A DNA stretch of 64,000 nt, taken from sequence record OP870145.1; one strand, given 5' to 3'. The position numbers and the translations under genes were made by a program. The stretch's first letter is position 1. Each line of letters begins with the position of its first letter. This document shows, in pieces, positions 19,236-31,133 of this stretch. The stretch is from Escherichia phage vB_Eco_F26. The notes under the pieces are model-generated. The model was not told the origin of the DNA and did no database searches. It saw only the letters and a list, made by a program, of their open reading frames with translations.

Positions 19236-20695
19236 AGACCAGTTACCTCATGAAAATCACCAAATACATCCTCGAATGTATTAGCTTTAGTTTTATCTTC
19301 GCGTAAACGAATCGCAATCGGAAGAAATAATTTAACGTAATCAGTGCGGCCATCAGATTTTAACCAACCATTGCATTCGCACTCTAGAATTTTTCCAATA
19401 TAATAATTTTGGTTTTCCATAATGCGAGTACGGTCAAGTTCATGTGATTTTACGCCGGCTTTATCTTTTAAGCCTGAACCAGCATTTACCTTAATTTTTC
19501 CACACTCTGACTCAAGAATAAATCCACCTGCTTTAGTAGGGTCTTTACGGTGAGGATAAATTCCTACAATTTTTAAATCAACATCAATTACTTCTTTAAA
19601 TTTATAGAGATTTTTTGAACGAGCATTTTCCCATAATCCATCGATATTTTTGAGAATAATACCTTCAAGACCTTGGTCAATATACTTTTTATAAATTACC
19701 TTAGCTTCATCTAGGTTATTTACTACCTGGTTTTCAATTAAAATTACTTTATCATAGCCTGATGTCATTTGTTCTAGTTTAGAAAAACGTACATCATATT
19801 TCAAACGAAATGCAGGAAGACCGTATATTTCTACCAACGGGACATAATCCCAAACCTGAAACTTCATGCATTGAGCTTCTTTTTCAGAAATGGTTCCCTT
19901 TAAAGATTTATTAGCGATTCCATTAGAAGTAGTACGTGATTCAGCTACTTCTGTGAAGTCTTTAACTTTACTGTTTTCAGGATGAGCATCAAAAAGAAAA
20001 TCTAGGCCTTCTGACTCCTTTTTAACTTGCTCATGGTATACCAATTCGCCATCAATTAACACGCCTTCTGGATGAATCTGGCGGGCTTCAGCGGTCATTT
20101 TGATTAATTCTTCCTTAAGAAGATCTAATCCTAGATATTCATTACCGGCTCGTGATAAAAGACGAACATCATCTAATTCATCACCTCTGACTTCGGCAAA
20201 GCACCGAGCCCCATCAGCTTTTAACTGGGCAAAGGCTGGAAATTTGATATTCTTATTAATGCCTTTTTCATCATAAGAACTTGCAAGCATTTGAGGTTGT
20301 TCAGGAATTAAACCTGGCCAAACTTTGTTTGCAATAGATACTGAAGCACCACATTCAAGGTCTCGCATCATCACTCGACGCAAAACTTCAACATCATCTT
20401 TTTTACCATCGGTGATATATCCAGTTAATTCCTCAATTGCTGCATTTCCAGTCAATTTCCGAGTAGCTAATGTGAATTCAATGAAGTCAAGCATATCGGT
20501 AAGAGTCAACATTCCAAAACTCTGGGTAGCAATACCAGGTTTAGGCCATTTCTTGATATAATACTGCAACCCACGAGAATAAGTCAGACGATATACTCGT
20601 TTAAGCAATTCATTATCTTTATTCTTTTCAAGAATTGCTTGCTTCTGCTTAGTTGAACCAATAGATGCTATTTCGTTCAGAATTTTAAGAATCAT
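19232..20695 (-). CDS. 30: ATP-dependent DNA ligase gp30
   Basis: 487 aa; adenylation motif KADGAR. Confidence 0.9.
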   Translation of the reverse strand: MILKILNEIASIGSTKQKQAILEKNKDNELLKRVYRLTYSRGLQYYIKKWPKPGIATQSFGMLTLTDMLDFIEFTLATRKLTGNAAIEELTGYITDGKKDDVEVLRRVMMRDLECGASVSIANKVWPGLIPEQPQMLASSYDEKGINKNIKFPAFAQLKADGARCFAEVRGDELDDVRLLSRAGNEYLGLDLLKEELIKMTAEARQIHPEGVLIDGELVYHEQVKKESEGLDFLFDAHPENSKVKDFTEVAESRTTSNGIANKSLKGTISEKEAQCMKFQVWDYVPLVEIYGLPAFRLKYDVRFSKLEQMTSGYDKVILIENQVVNNLDEAKVIYKKYIDQGLEGIILKNIDGLWENARSKNLYKFKEVIDVDLKIVGIYPHRKDPTKAGGFILESECGKIKVNAGSGLKDKAGVKSHELDRTRIMENQNYYIGKILECECNGWLKSDGRTDYVKLFLPIAIRLREDKTKANTFEDVFGDFHEVTGL

Positions 20696-20961
20696 TGTTC
20701 ATCCTTTAGAGTTTGGTTTACAGCTCTATTATAAATCAATTCATCATTAAGCTCAGTCAAAGACCTGTGGTACGTGGTTCTAACTTTATTTCCTTGCATC
20801 CAGTGCTTGATATAAATGAAACCTTGCTCTACGCATTTTTTAAAAATTCGTTCGTCTTTTTGAGCTCGGAATTCTGGATTGCATCTAAAAAATTGATTTA
20901 CGTGACCGTAATCACGTGTAGTATTACCTTCATTTTCATAAATAGTATGAACAACAAACAT
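20692..20961 (-). CDS. hypothetical protein (30.1 position)
   Basis: 89 aa ORF. Confidence 0.45.
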   Translation of the reverse strand: MFVVHTIYENEGNTTRDYGHVNQFFRCNPEFRAQKDERIFKKCVEQGFIYIKHWMQGNKVRTTYHRSLTELNDELIYNRAVNQTLKDEQ

Positions 20962-21800
20962 TAGAACGCTCCTTGAAAAATATTATCACCACTAGCAGGT
21001 CTATTATACAAATACTCTATGCCACCAGGTTTAATATAGTTCCATGTCTGAAACGGATGCGTCTGATATGGATGATATAGATGATTATAAGGATTAAATC
21101 CAGGAGTTCTCCAGGTAGTGTTCCAACGAAAAGAATCGTTTTTAATCATCTTTTCAATTACATCTTTTATAGCTTTTTCACTATCAAAACTTTCTTTATT
21201 TTCCTTTGGTGAAAAAAGCTTATTCTCTACATCGTTCCATGTATAAACTCGCTGAGCAGTTTTTGGAATATTGTCACGCTCCCCTCGAGCCATCCAATAA
21301 ACAGGAACATTTAATATTTCACTCGCGTGATCGCAGTGGTGAGCGAGATCGTCAATATAACAAATTACGTTATATTTCTCTTTTGCCTTTTTGAACAACT
21401 CTTCTTTTGAAGAATCATGACCACACATCAATACTTCTGAGAAGGCACCAGGAAAAAGAGCATTCAAATTAAATTGACGATTCAGCAGAGCGTCAATAGA
21501 ATCACCCAATGCTGTAACAGCTACAAAATTATAATCTTCTTTTAATTTGTTAATTACACACAGGGCATCTTTATATGGAGACAAGTAACGAATAAAATCT
21601 GAACGATTGTATTTTTCAATTAACTTGACGCCAAGTTCTTCATCACAATTAAAGAGTTTACCAGGAGAAATAAATTTCTCATCTTGGATCATTTTTAAAA
21701 TATGTTCTAACGGAAGATTATATTTCTGAGCAAAATAAGGAAGGCCTGATTGCCAGCTTAAACATACTCCATCAATATCAGTCAAAATAGTAGGCTTCAT
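20961..21800 (-). CDS. hypothetical protein, possible HAD-like phosphatase (30.2 position)
   Basis: 279 aa; N-terminal DIDGV motif resembles HAD motif I. Confidence 0.5.
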   Translation of the reverse strand: MKPTILTDIDGVCLSWQSGLPYFAQKYNLPLEHILKMIQDEKFISPGKLFNCDEELGVKLIEKYNRSDFIRYLSPYKDALCVINKLKEDYNFVAVTALGDSIDALLNRQFNLNALFPGAFSEVLMCGHDSSKEELFKKAKEKYNVICYIDDLAHHCDHASEILNVPVYWMARGERDNIPKTAQRVYTWNDVENKLFSPKENKESFDSEKAIKDVIEKMIKNDSFRWNTTWRTPGFNPYNHLYHPYQTHPFQTWNYIKPGGIEYLYNRPASGDNIFQGAF

Positions 21801-22261
21801 AGAGAGTCTCTTAATAGGTTTAACACATCAATAAATTCAGCTTCGGTTAGTATTGTATCATCTTTTGTTAGACCACTAGCCATGCTGTGCTTCAAAACTT
21901 TTCCTTTCGAGGCTTGTAATGCATCACGAAAGCCCTTGTTTTGGATCGCTGCTTCAAAATATGCATTTGTGTATAATTCTTTCCACGCCGGGGAGTATCT
22001 TGAAAACGGAACTCCAAGCCAGAAGAGGGTCCCACGGTCCTGAGCTCTAGCATAAGACCTTCCAGCTTGTTGAGCGGAAAGCCCGGATAACCCAAATATA
22101 CGACGTTGTTGTTCAACGTTTTTCACCTTGCATCCTTGGAGGAATCCTTCAAGACCTCCAAATTGAATACCATCCATAACGAAAGGCCATTGGGCGAAAT
22201 TACTTAATGCACATGATGGCCACCTAAAATTACTTCTAATCTCTAACTCAGACATTTTCAA
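21797..22261 (-). CDS. NADAR/YbiA-like (DUF1768) protein
   Basis: 154 aa; LSNFAQWPFVMDGIQF...EGFLQGCK resembles YbiA FSNFAAWPIKVDG...EHYFQAQK. Confidence 0.6.
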   Translation of the reverse strand: MKMSELEIRSNFRWPSCALSNFAQWPFVMDGIQFGGLEGFLQGCKVKNVEQQRRIFGLSGLSAQQAGRSYARAQDRGTLFWLGVPFSRYSPAWKELYTNAYFEAAIQNKGFRDALQASKGKVLKHSMASGLTKDDTILTEAEFIDVLNLLRDSL

Positions 22262-22454
22262 TGCTTATAATTTCAACATCAGCCCAATGACCATAGTTTG
22301 GTAGACGAAATTCAACTGGCCAGTTAGGGTCCTTTTCTAATATAATAGACTCAACTCGTGGTTCTTCATGTTCATCAGTATATGGATTTTTATCTGTTAC
22401 TTTATATGTGACCTTAATGTACTGAATTCCAAAAATCTTATTAATTATATTCAT
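22248..22454 (-). CDS. hypothetical protein
   Basis: 68 aa ORF. Confidence 0.4.
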   Translation of the reverse strand: MNIINKIFGIQYIKVTYKVTDKNPYTDEHEEPRVESIILEKDPNWPVEFRLPNYGHWADVEIISIENV

Positions 22455-22648
22455 ACTAATTCCTTTAATCCGTAAATAGGAGATAATTCATCACCCATAC
22501 GAAGGTCTTCATTTCCATCTACCCAGGAAACAATATAAGCCTCTTTTATTTGAACACCACTCCATTTAAATGGAGGTAGAACCTTAGAAATTAATCCAGG
22601 TATACCAACTCCCTTTAATTCAACAGTTTGACCTAAAAAGAATTTCAT
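22451..22648 (-). CDS. hypothetical protein
   Basis: 65 aa ORF. Confidence 0.4.
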   Translation of the reverse strand: MKFFLGQTVELKGVGIPGLISKVLPPFKWSGVQIKEAYIVSWVDGNEDLRMGDELSPIYGLKELV

Positions 22649-22935
22649 TAGAACCTCATCTGAAAACCGTGCGATTTAACATTACCGCCGCCAATATCAG
22701 AAATGTTAATTTCACGCGCAATTGAAGGGTCAATGTCAATTTCACGATTGAGTTTAGTGATAGCTAAAGTATCGCACCCATTTACAATACGGAACTCTAA
22801 AGGACAAACCACATCAACGTAGTTTTTAATCGATTCGCTCGTAGGTTGCAAATGTGCAGGAAGGTCTTTAGGTGCCTTTGAGAAAACAACTTCACAGAAA
22901 TTTTTGCGGGTATCAAAATAAGTAGTCATAAACAT
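22648..22935 (-). CDS. hypothetical protein
   Basis: Start moved to internal ATG (MFMTTYF...) because an early promoter lies inside the tracker ORF; SD GAGGA 8 nt upstream. Confidence 0.45.
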   Translation of the reverse strand: MFMTTYFDTRKNFCEVVFSKAPKDLPAHLQPTSESIKNYVDVVCPLEFRIVNGCDTLAITKLNREIDIDPSIAREINISDIGGGNVKSHGFQMRF

Positions 22936-22984
22936 AACATTTTCCTCAATAGGGGCCAAAGCCCTTTTCTTTTGTTTGTATAAA

Positions 22985-23017
22985 ATAATACTATCACAAA
23001 GGAACCGTACTGTAAAC
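22985..23017 (-). promoter_or_regulatory. early promoter (GTTTAC -35, TAGTAT -10)
   Basis: minus strand GTTTACagtacggttcctttgtgaTAGTAT. Confidence 0.45.
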
Positions 23018-23047
23018 AACTTTATGCAATCTTTGGAAAATAAAAAA

Positions 23048-23065
23048 GGACTCCCGAAGGAGTCC
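23048..23065 (-). terminator. GC hairpin
   Basis: ggactcc-cgaa-ggagtcc. Confidence 0.45.
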
Positions 23066-23070
23066 TCAAC

Positions 23071-23247
23071 TTATGCTTTCTGCTTACCAAAACGAGAAGC
23101 ATCATCTCGAAGAACCGCCCGTGCTCGGCGCATGATCTTCTCAACAGTTTGATTGATACGAGAGTTCGACCCACGCTTGTAACCAGCGCGTTTAGAATCA
23201 CCAACTTTCTTTTCAACTGCTTTCTTTGCTTTAGCTTGTTTTGCCAT
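23071..23247 (-). CDS. small basic protein, hypothetical
   Basis: Start at ATG MAKQAKAKK...; Lys/Arg-rich 58 aa. Confidence 0.45.
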   Translation of the reverse strand: MAKQAKAKKAVEKKVGDSKRAGYKRGSNSRINQTVEKIMRRARAVLRDDASRFGKQKA

Positions 23248-23492
23248 TATAAATTCTCTTTTAAATGAAAATGCAGGACTTATTGGCATTGCCTGCGCAA
23301 GCCCTCAAGGGGAACATAGGTTTTTGGATATTTAACGACCAGGATAACCATAAACCCGTCATCATTCACATTCAAGAGGTACACCATAAAACTGCCGGGG
23401 TCTTAAAACTATAATGATTCGCAAATCATTAATCAGACAGTTCGATGGCTCCTCGATTTTAGCTCACACTAAGGCAGTGAATCTCCAATAAA

Positions 23493-23741
23493 TTACTTCA
23501 GTGTTACCACAAAGTGACGAACTGCTTTTCGTGCAGCAGAAGCCAAAGGCTTAGCATATTTAAGTTCATCTTTTTCCTGAAGCTCAGCAGCTAATGCAGT
23601 TTGAGCAGGATTCAGATGTTTGAAATAACGCAGGATTTCAAGAGCTTCGGCTTCAACATCAATAGATGCGCCATAGTTTTCGTGACCATTATTCCATGCG
23701 TTTCGTTGCAGTTCAAGAGCGTGTTGTAATTGTTTAATCAT
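23493..23741 (-). CDS. rIII: rIII lysis inhibition accessory protein
   Basis: 82 aa immediately downstream of gene 31, as in T4. Confidence 0.75.
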   Translation of the reverse strand: MIKQLQHALELQRNAWNNGHENYGASIDVEAEALEILRYFKHLNPAQTALAAELQEKDELKYAKPLASAARKAVRHFVVTLK

Positions 23742-23888
23742 TTAAAAATTCTCGTTAGAGATTAAAACTCGGTAGTCACGTTCTTCTGAATTTCATCTTC
23801 TTTCGACAGATCTCTCAGTTGTAGACTACCACATAGAATTGTTCGGTTAACTTATTATTCCGACACCCAATTCATATTATTATTTATA

Positions 23889-24224
23889 TCACTTATAAAG
23901 ACACGGAATAGCTTTATAATGACAGGTAACAAATTTTTGTTTAATTTCTTTTGGCTGCTTAAGACCCAGAGCTACAAAAGGATGCGGAACATTTCGAATT
24001 TGACCAACTGGAAGAGAAGTCAAATCACCAACTTCGCAGAAACCTTTAGGAACATCAGGACCAACAGAGTGAACTACACACAATTCAGGAACTTCACCTT
24101 GAACACGTTTACCGATAATAAGTCCTGATTCTGTAACTTCTTCATCACCGGCTTGTGCAGGTTCAGAAACTAAAATAACATATTCACCGACAGCACGAAT
24201 TGGTAGCTGTTGTACTTCAGACAT
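23889..24224 (-). CDS. 31: gp31 GroES-like co-chaperonin
   Basis: 111 aa; T4 gp31 length and position. Confidence 0.85.
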   Translation of the reverse strand: MSEVQQLPIRAVGEYVILVSEPAQAGDEEVTESGLIIGKRVQGEVPELCVVHSVGPDVPKGFCEVGDLTSLPVGQIRNVPHPFVALGLKQPKEIKQKFVTCHYKAIPCLYK

Positions 24225-24280
24225 CGTTTTTCCTTTTTGCTAACAGATGAATTAATAATAACAAATAATTCTTAAAGCAT

Positions 24281-24589
24281 TTATTTACCAATAAATTGAA
24301 GCAAATGCTCAACTTTCATACCATTAACAGAAATCAATTTGTCAATAGAAAAACCTCGCCAAGCGCCAAGTTCAACATCAAATACTGGAATCATGTCAGT
24401 AGATTCTTTCCGAGTAGATTCAGTCAATTTACCAGTTTGCATGGTTGGCATAAAGTCTGCATCACGAGTACCTTTCATAGTACGAATAGTACCATCAGAC
24501 TTTTCAAAAACTATGTTTGAAACACCCATGGACAATTTAGTTTTCAAAATTTCACGAATTGCTACTTTCTGCTCAGTTGTCAGTTTCAT
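24281..24589 (-). CDS. hypothetical protein (31.1 position)
   Basis: 102 aa ORF. Confidence 0.45.
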   Translation of the reverse strand: MKLTTEQKVAIREILKTKLSMGVSNIVFEKSDGTIRTMKGTRDADFMPTMQTGKLTESTRKESTDMIPVFDVELGAWRGFSIDKLISVNGMKVEHLLQFIGK

Positions 24590-24826
24590 TTATTTACCTA
24601 TTACAGTTTTAATATGAGTTGTTCCACGTTCTTTAAGGGTGGAAAGTAATTTTTGGCATTTTTCTAAATCAGATTTCCAACTATATGGTCTATCATTACA
24701 AACCCAATTTGTCTTATAATACTGTTTCCATTTAGAGAAAAAATATTTCTTATACTCTACAGCAAATGAGATGTTCTCGTTAGAATAAGAACTAATTGCT
24801 GTGAGTTGTACCAAACGAAATTTCAT
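24590..24826 (-). CDS. hypothetical protein (31.2 position)
   Basis: 78 aa ORF. Confidence 0.45.
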   Translation of the reverse strand: MKFRLVQLTAISSYSNENISFAVEYKKYFFSKWKQYYKTNWVCNDRPYSWKSDLEKCQKLLSTLKERGTTHIKTVIGK

Positions 24827-25407
24827 TATTCACCACAGAATTCGTTGATATTTTCCCAGTTTAACTTATTCAAGTTTTTCTTAGGAACATTAAACACTTC
24901 AATACCTGCATTTCGCAGAATATCATCCCAGCCAGGTTTATTTTTATCGTATGTTTCGCAATAAACCAGTTTTTTAATTCCAGATTGAGCTATCGCTTTT
25001 GCACAATCTGGACAAGGAGAAAGTGTTACATACATAGTAGCACCTTCAATAGAAGAACCATTTCGTGCAGCAAACAAAATTGCGTTTAGTTCAGCATGAA
25101 TTTCATTTTTAGATGACCATTCCGAGTGAGCACTACGATGTTCTTTCGCCAAGACAAAACGATCAGTTGAACCAAATGATACGCATTCAGGCTTATGGCC
25201 TTGAATGATAGTATGTTTAGGCTTATTCAACAACCATCCTTGCTCAGCAGCATAATCACAACAGTTCACACCACCTGCAGGTGAACCATTATATCCGGTA
25301 GAAATAATACGTCCATTCTTTTCAATTACTGCTCCTACCTTCCAGGAGCAACATTTTGATTCTTGTGATACTAAATATGCAATTTGAAGTACTGTACTCG
25401 CTTTCAT
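24826..25407 (-). CDS. cd: dCMP deaminase
   Basis: 193 aa; zinc-binding HAELNAI...PCPDC motif. Confidence 0.9.
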   Translation of the reverse strand: MKASTVLQIAYLVSQESKCCSWKVGAVIEKNGRIISTGYNGSPAGGVNCCDYAAEQGWLLNKPKHTIIQGHKPECVSFGSTDRFVLAKEHRSAHSEWSSKNEIHAELNAILFAARNGSSIEGATMYVTLSPCPDCAKAIAQSGIKKLVYCETYDKNKPGWDDILRNAGIEVFNVPKKNLNKLNWENINEFCGE

Positions 25408-25742
25408 TTCATAATCACCAGATAAGCAGATTTAGCAGTTTCAACACGATAAATTTCATGACGAAGTTTAGTTATACTTTTAATAACAGAACTAATTATA
25501 TTCTGCCCATCTTTAAAGCGGTTTTTCTTATCAATAAAAACTGCGCCAGTCATCTTTTTATGAAGCTCAACTGGATACTTCGTCACAATAATAGCATCAT
25601 ACACAGAAGGATGAATACTATTCACCAGAGTATCATTCATTAAAGTTATTCTAATGAACTTTGCTGTTTCAGAGTCAAGCGCTCTATGATCGCCAGTATC
25701 ATTTTCAAGACAATTATCAATTATATCAGTTAAATTCATCAT
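25404..25742 (-). CDS. hypothetical protein
   Basis: 112 aa ORF. Confidence 0.4.
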   Translation of the reverse strand: MMNLTDIIDNCLENDTGDHRALDSETAKFIRITLMNDTLVNSIHPSVYDAIIVTKYPVELHKKMTGAVFIDKKNRFKDGQNIISSVIKSITKLRHEIYRVETAKSAYLVIMK

Positions 25743-25978
25743 AGTACGCCATACACCCTTTGTGCTTCAACTAATCCATCAAAATCCAGTTTAAGATGCG
25801 ATATTTGATCGCCATCACCTGGATTCACAATTACTAATACTGAACGAGGAGTTTCGGTAATAACACGAACCGATGTTTCAGGAAATCGTTCAGAAACCTT
25901 ATTTACCAATTCCTGCGCAAATAGTTTAACTTTTTCTTGGAATTCTTTAGCAGTAATTGGTTTTTCACTTAGCAGCAT
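25739..25978 (-). CDS. hypothetical protein
   Basis: 79 aa ORF. Confidence 0.4.
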   Translation of the reverse strand: MLLSEKPITAKEFQEKVKLFAQELVNKVSERFPETSVRVITETPRSVLVIVNPGDGDQISHLKLDFDGLVEAQRVYGVL

Positions 25979-26039
25979 TTTGTTTTCCTCATTTGTTTGG
26001 TAGAGCTATAATATCACAACTCTACCGTAAAGTAAACTA

Positions 26040-26345
26040 TTAAATTGCTTTGAATTCTGCTGTCTGCGATTCAAAACGAATATCGCCTTTGATGACTAGC
26101 TCAGCATCAAGACCGAATACAACAATGATATGCGCGGAATCTGGATACAGCGTAATGGCAACAGAATCCACCTGGTCTGGAAGCAAAGTGTTCAATACAT
26201 GAGTCACTTGAGCATGGATTCGAAGCTCAGCTGCATTATCAAGTTTTTCAAACATATTATTAGCGATAATTTGGCTAAACACTACTTCTACGATTTTAGA
26301 GTAAGTCGGAAACATATTTACCTCACATAATTTTCTTCGAGCCAA
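26040..26345 (-). CDS. hypothetical protein
   Basis: 101 aa ORF. Confidence 0.4.
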   Translation of the reverse strand: MARRKLCEVNMFPTYSKIVEVVFSQIIANNMFEKLDNAAELRIHAQVTHVLNTLLPDQVDSVAITLYPDSAHIIVVFGLDAELVIKGDIRFESQTAEFKAI

Positions 26346-26379
26346 TTAATAATAGTCCAAGTTTCATGGTGCCAAGCCA

Positions 26380-27580
<1,201 letters not shown>

Positions 27581-27584
<4 letters not shown>

Positions 27585-27811
27585 TTATTTTTCTCAACTA
27601 ATGATTGAATATAATCATGTAGGTCTTTAGATGCTTTGCCCCACTTATTTTGATATTCATTTTTGAGATTAGCACGTGATTGAGCTAATAAAACATCATT
27701 AGTTGGAGGTAAAGATTCTAACCGCTGAATCTGGCGTCCATAAATCATTGCAGCCATCTCGGATTCATAAATCAATCCTTTGAGATGTTCAAATTGATGC
27801 CATGAAATCAT
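27581..27811 (-). CDS. hypothetical protein
   Basis: 76 aa ORF. Confidence 0.4.
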
Positions 27812-28107
27812 TTACATTTATCCTCTTTTAGCTCTTGACGATAATAACATATCATAGTTTTCTGGTCATGTACATATCGTTTTACATCATTAAGCCAAAT
27901 ACGAAATTCCTGGGAATCTTCAAATGGCATACCGACCCAAGCTTTACCATCGATAACTTTAACTTGCCAAGATAGTTTAGCTTCATCATATGACTTTATT
28001 TGTACAGGCCAATTAGGATGAACTGTTTCTTTCTTTACTTCTAGAGGCTTTGTCGAACAACCAACTAGAAGACCAATAGATAATATTACTGCTGATAGTT
28101 TAATCAT
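27808..28107 (-). CDS. predicted lipoprotein
   Basis: N-terminal signal with lipobox LVGC. Confidence 0.45.
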   Translation of the reverse strand: MIKLSAVILSIGLLVGCSTKPLEVKKETVHPNWPVQIKSYDEAKLSWQVKVIDGKAWVGMPFEDSQEFRIWLNDVKRYVHDQKTMICYYRQELKEDKCK

Positions 28108-28457
28108 TTAGAAAGGTCCTGGATGTCTTCTGCGAACTTGTTGAAGGAGTTGTTGATTTGTTTTTCAACCAATCCTGGCTTATGAGCCACCACATCCGCC
28201 TTCTTTGCGTCTTTGCGCAGTTTTTCATTTTCACGCTCAATAGCAGCAATTGCCTCACGATTTTTATTATTCATCGCATCAATATAATTATACTGAATTC
28301 GCAAATTATTTAATGCTAAGGCGTTTTCATTGGCCGTTTTTGTAATTTCAGTAACTGATGTTTCTAATCTTTCTACCTTATTTTTTAAAATAATAGATGT
28401 TCCGCCAAATGCTATTACAAGTAATAGCAATCCAGCTGTAAAATTACTTACATGCAT
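28104..28457 (-). CDS. hypothetical membrane-anchored coiled-coil protein
   Basis: N-terminal hydrophobic helix then charged coiled-coil. Confidence 0.4.
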   Translation of the reverse strand: MHVSNFTAGLLLLVIAFGGTSIILKNKVERLETSVTEITKTANENALALNNLRIQYNYIDAMNNKNREAIAAIERENEKLRKDAKKADVVAHKPGLVEKQINNSFNKFAEDIQDLSK

Positions 28458-28954
28458 AAAGTTTTAATAACCTCTATAATATCGTCTTGAGAAAGACCGT
28501 TAATTAAAATATGATGTTCAGCTGGAGATTTAGAAATTTTAAAGCATGCCTCAACATCTTCTGCCATATCCGATGCACTACGGTTTGGATTACTAATACC
28601 AAGGCGGTGTTTTCCCGTCAAAGGATTAACGATGATATAGCATTTGCAGTTATTGATATGAACATTAGGTTGAGTCTGATTAATGAACACTTCACAATCA
28701 TACTTAGCGAGTTGATTTTCTAAAAAGACTTTCATCTCTTCAACCGCATCAGGAAGCATATCACGGGCTTGCTCAAGACGACGATTTCGATATTCTTTAA
28801 TGGTCGTTTTCCGCTTGACTTGCTTAGCTAAATCTTTCTTAAGATCAGTGATATATCCAACTCGACGATTTCCTTTGAATACAGAAATCCCATCTGTAGT
28901 ATCACCGTATGCTTCAACGACCATTTCAGTAGTAATAAGTTGTAAATCCATCAT
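28448..28954 (-). CDS. alc: Alc, inhibitor of host transcription on cytosine DNA
   Basis: 168 aa at T4 alc position downstream of rnlA. Confidence 0.7.
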   Translation of the reverse strand: MMDLQLITTEMVVEAYGDTTDGISVFKGNRRVGYITDLKKDLAKQVKRKTTIKEYRNRRLEQARDMLPDAVEEMKVFLENQLAKYDCEVFINQTQPNVHINNCKCYIIVNPLTGKHRLGISNPNRSASDMAEDVEACFKISKSPAEHHILINGLSQDDIIEVIKTLCM

Positions 28955-28956
28955 AA

Positions 28957-29012
28957 AGTCCTCATGTTATGTCAGTAAGACTACTGTAACACAACACGAG
29001 GGACTTGTAAAC
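28957..29012 (-). repeat. PeSL-like cassette copy B between rnlA stop and alc start
   Basis: 50/53 nt identical to copy A; GTTTAC -35 three nt after rnlA stop; stem contains SD GAGGA of alc. Confidence 0.6.
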
Positions 29013-29015
29013 AGC

Positions 29016-30603
<1,588 letters not shown>

Positions 30604-30630
30604 AATAAAATGGGCCTTGCGGCCCACTCC

Positions 30631-31133
30631 TTAAAAGTATTTTTTAAAACTCATCATAACTTTATCATCAACATCATTATCAATCTGTGCAACAAGGTAA
30701 GATGACAGTTCTACTTCTTGTGGCGCGGATTGAACATTATCAGAATTAAGATATTCACGAATCCAAGGATATGGGTGTTTAACCGGAGCATCGGTAATTG
30801 GGCATGGAAGACCACACTGTTTCATACGAGATACAGTTAAGTAATCAATAAAGCTCCACATGCTATTTGTATTTAATCCAGGAACATCGCCATCTTTAAA
30901 TAAATGAACTGCCCAATCTTTTTCTTGGCGGTTAACTTCCATGAAAATATCAACTGCTTCTTGTTCACACTCTTGAGCAATTTTAACCCATTCATCACCA
31001 TCAGTACCGGATTGAAGCTGACGAATAATATATTGAGTGCCTTTAAGGTGAAGCTGCTCATCACGTGCAATGAACTTCATAATCTTGGCATTACCTTCCA
31101 TGATTTCCATGTTCTTATGGAAGTTAAAGGTAC
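30631..31133 (-). CDS. nrdB: ribonucleotide reductase small subunit NrdB, exon 2
   Basis: Encodes ...TFNFHKNMEIMEGNAKIM... to C-terminus; joins exon 1 across a group I intron. Confidence 0.75.

Noticed and set aside
23290-23492. 35-aa ORF (MVYLLNVNDDGF...) in the rIII downstream spacer
   Set aside because: No SD-like sequence and no conservation signal; likely chance ORF.
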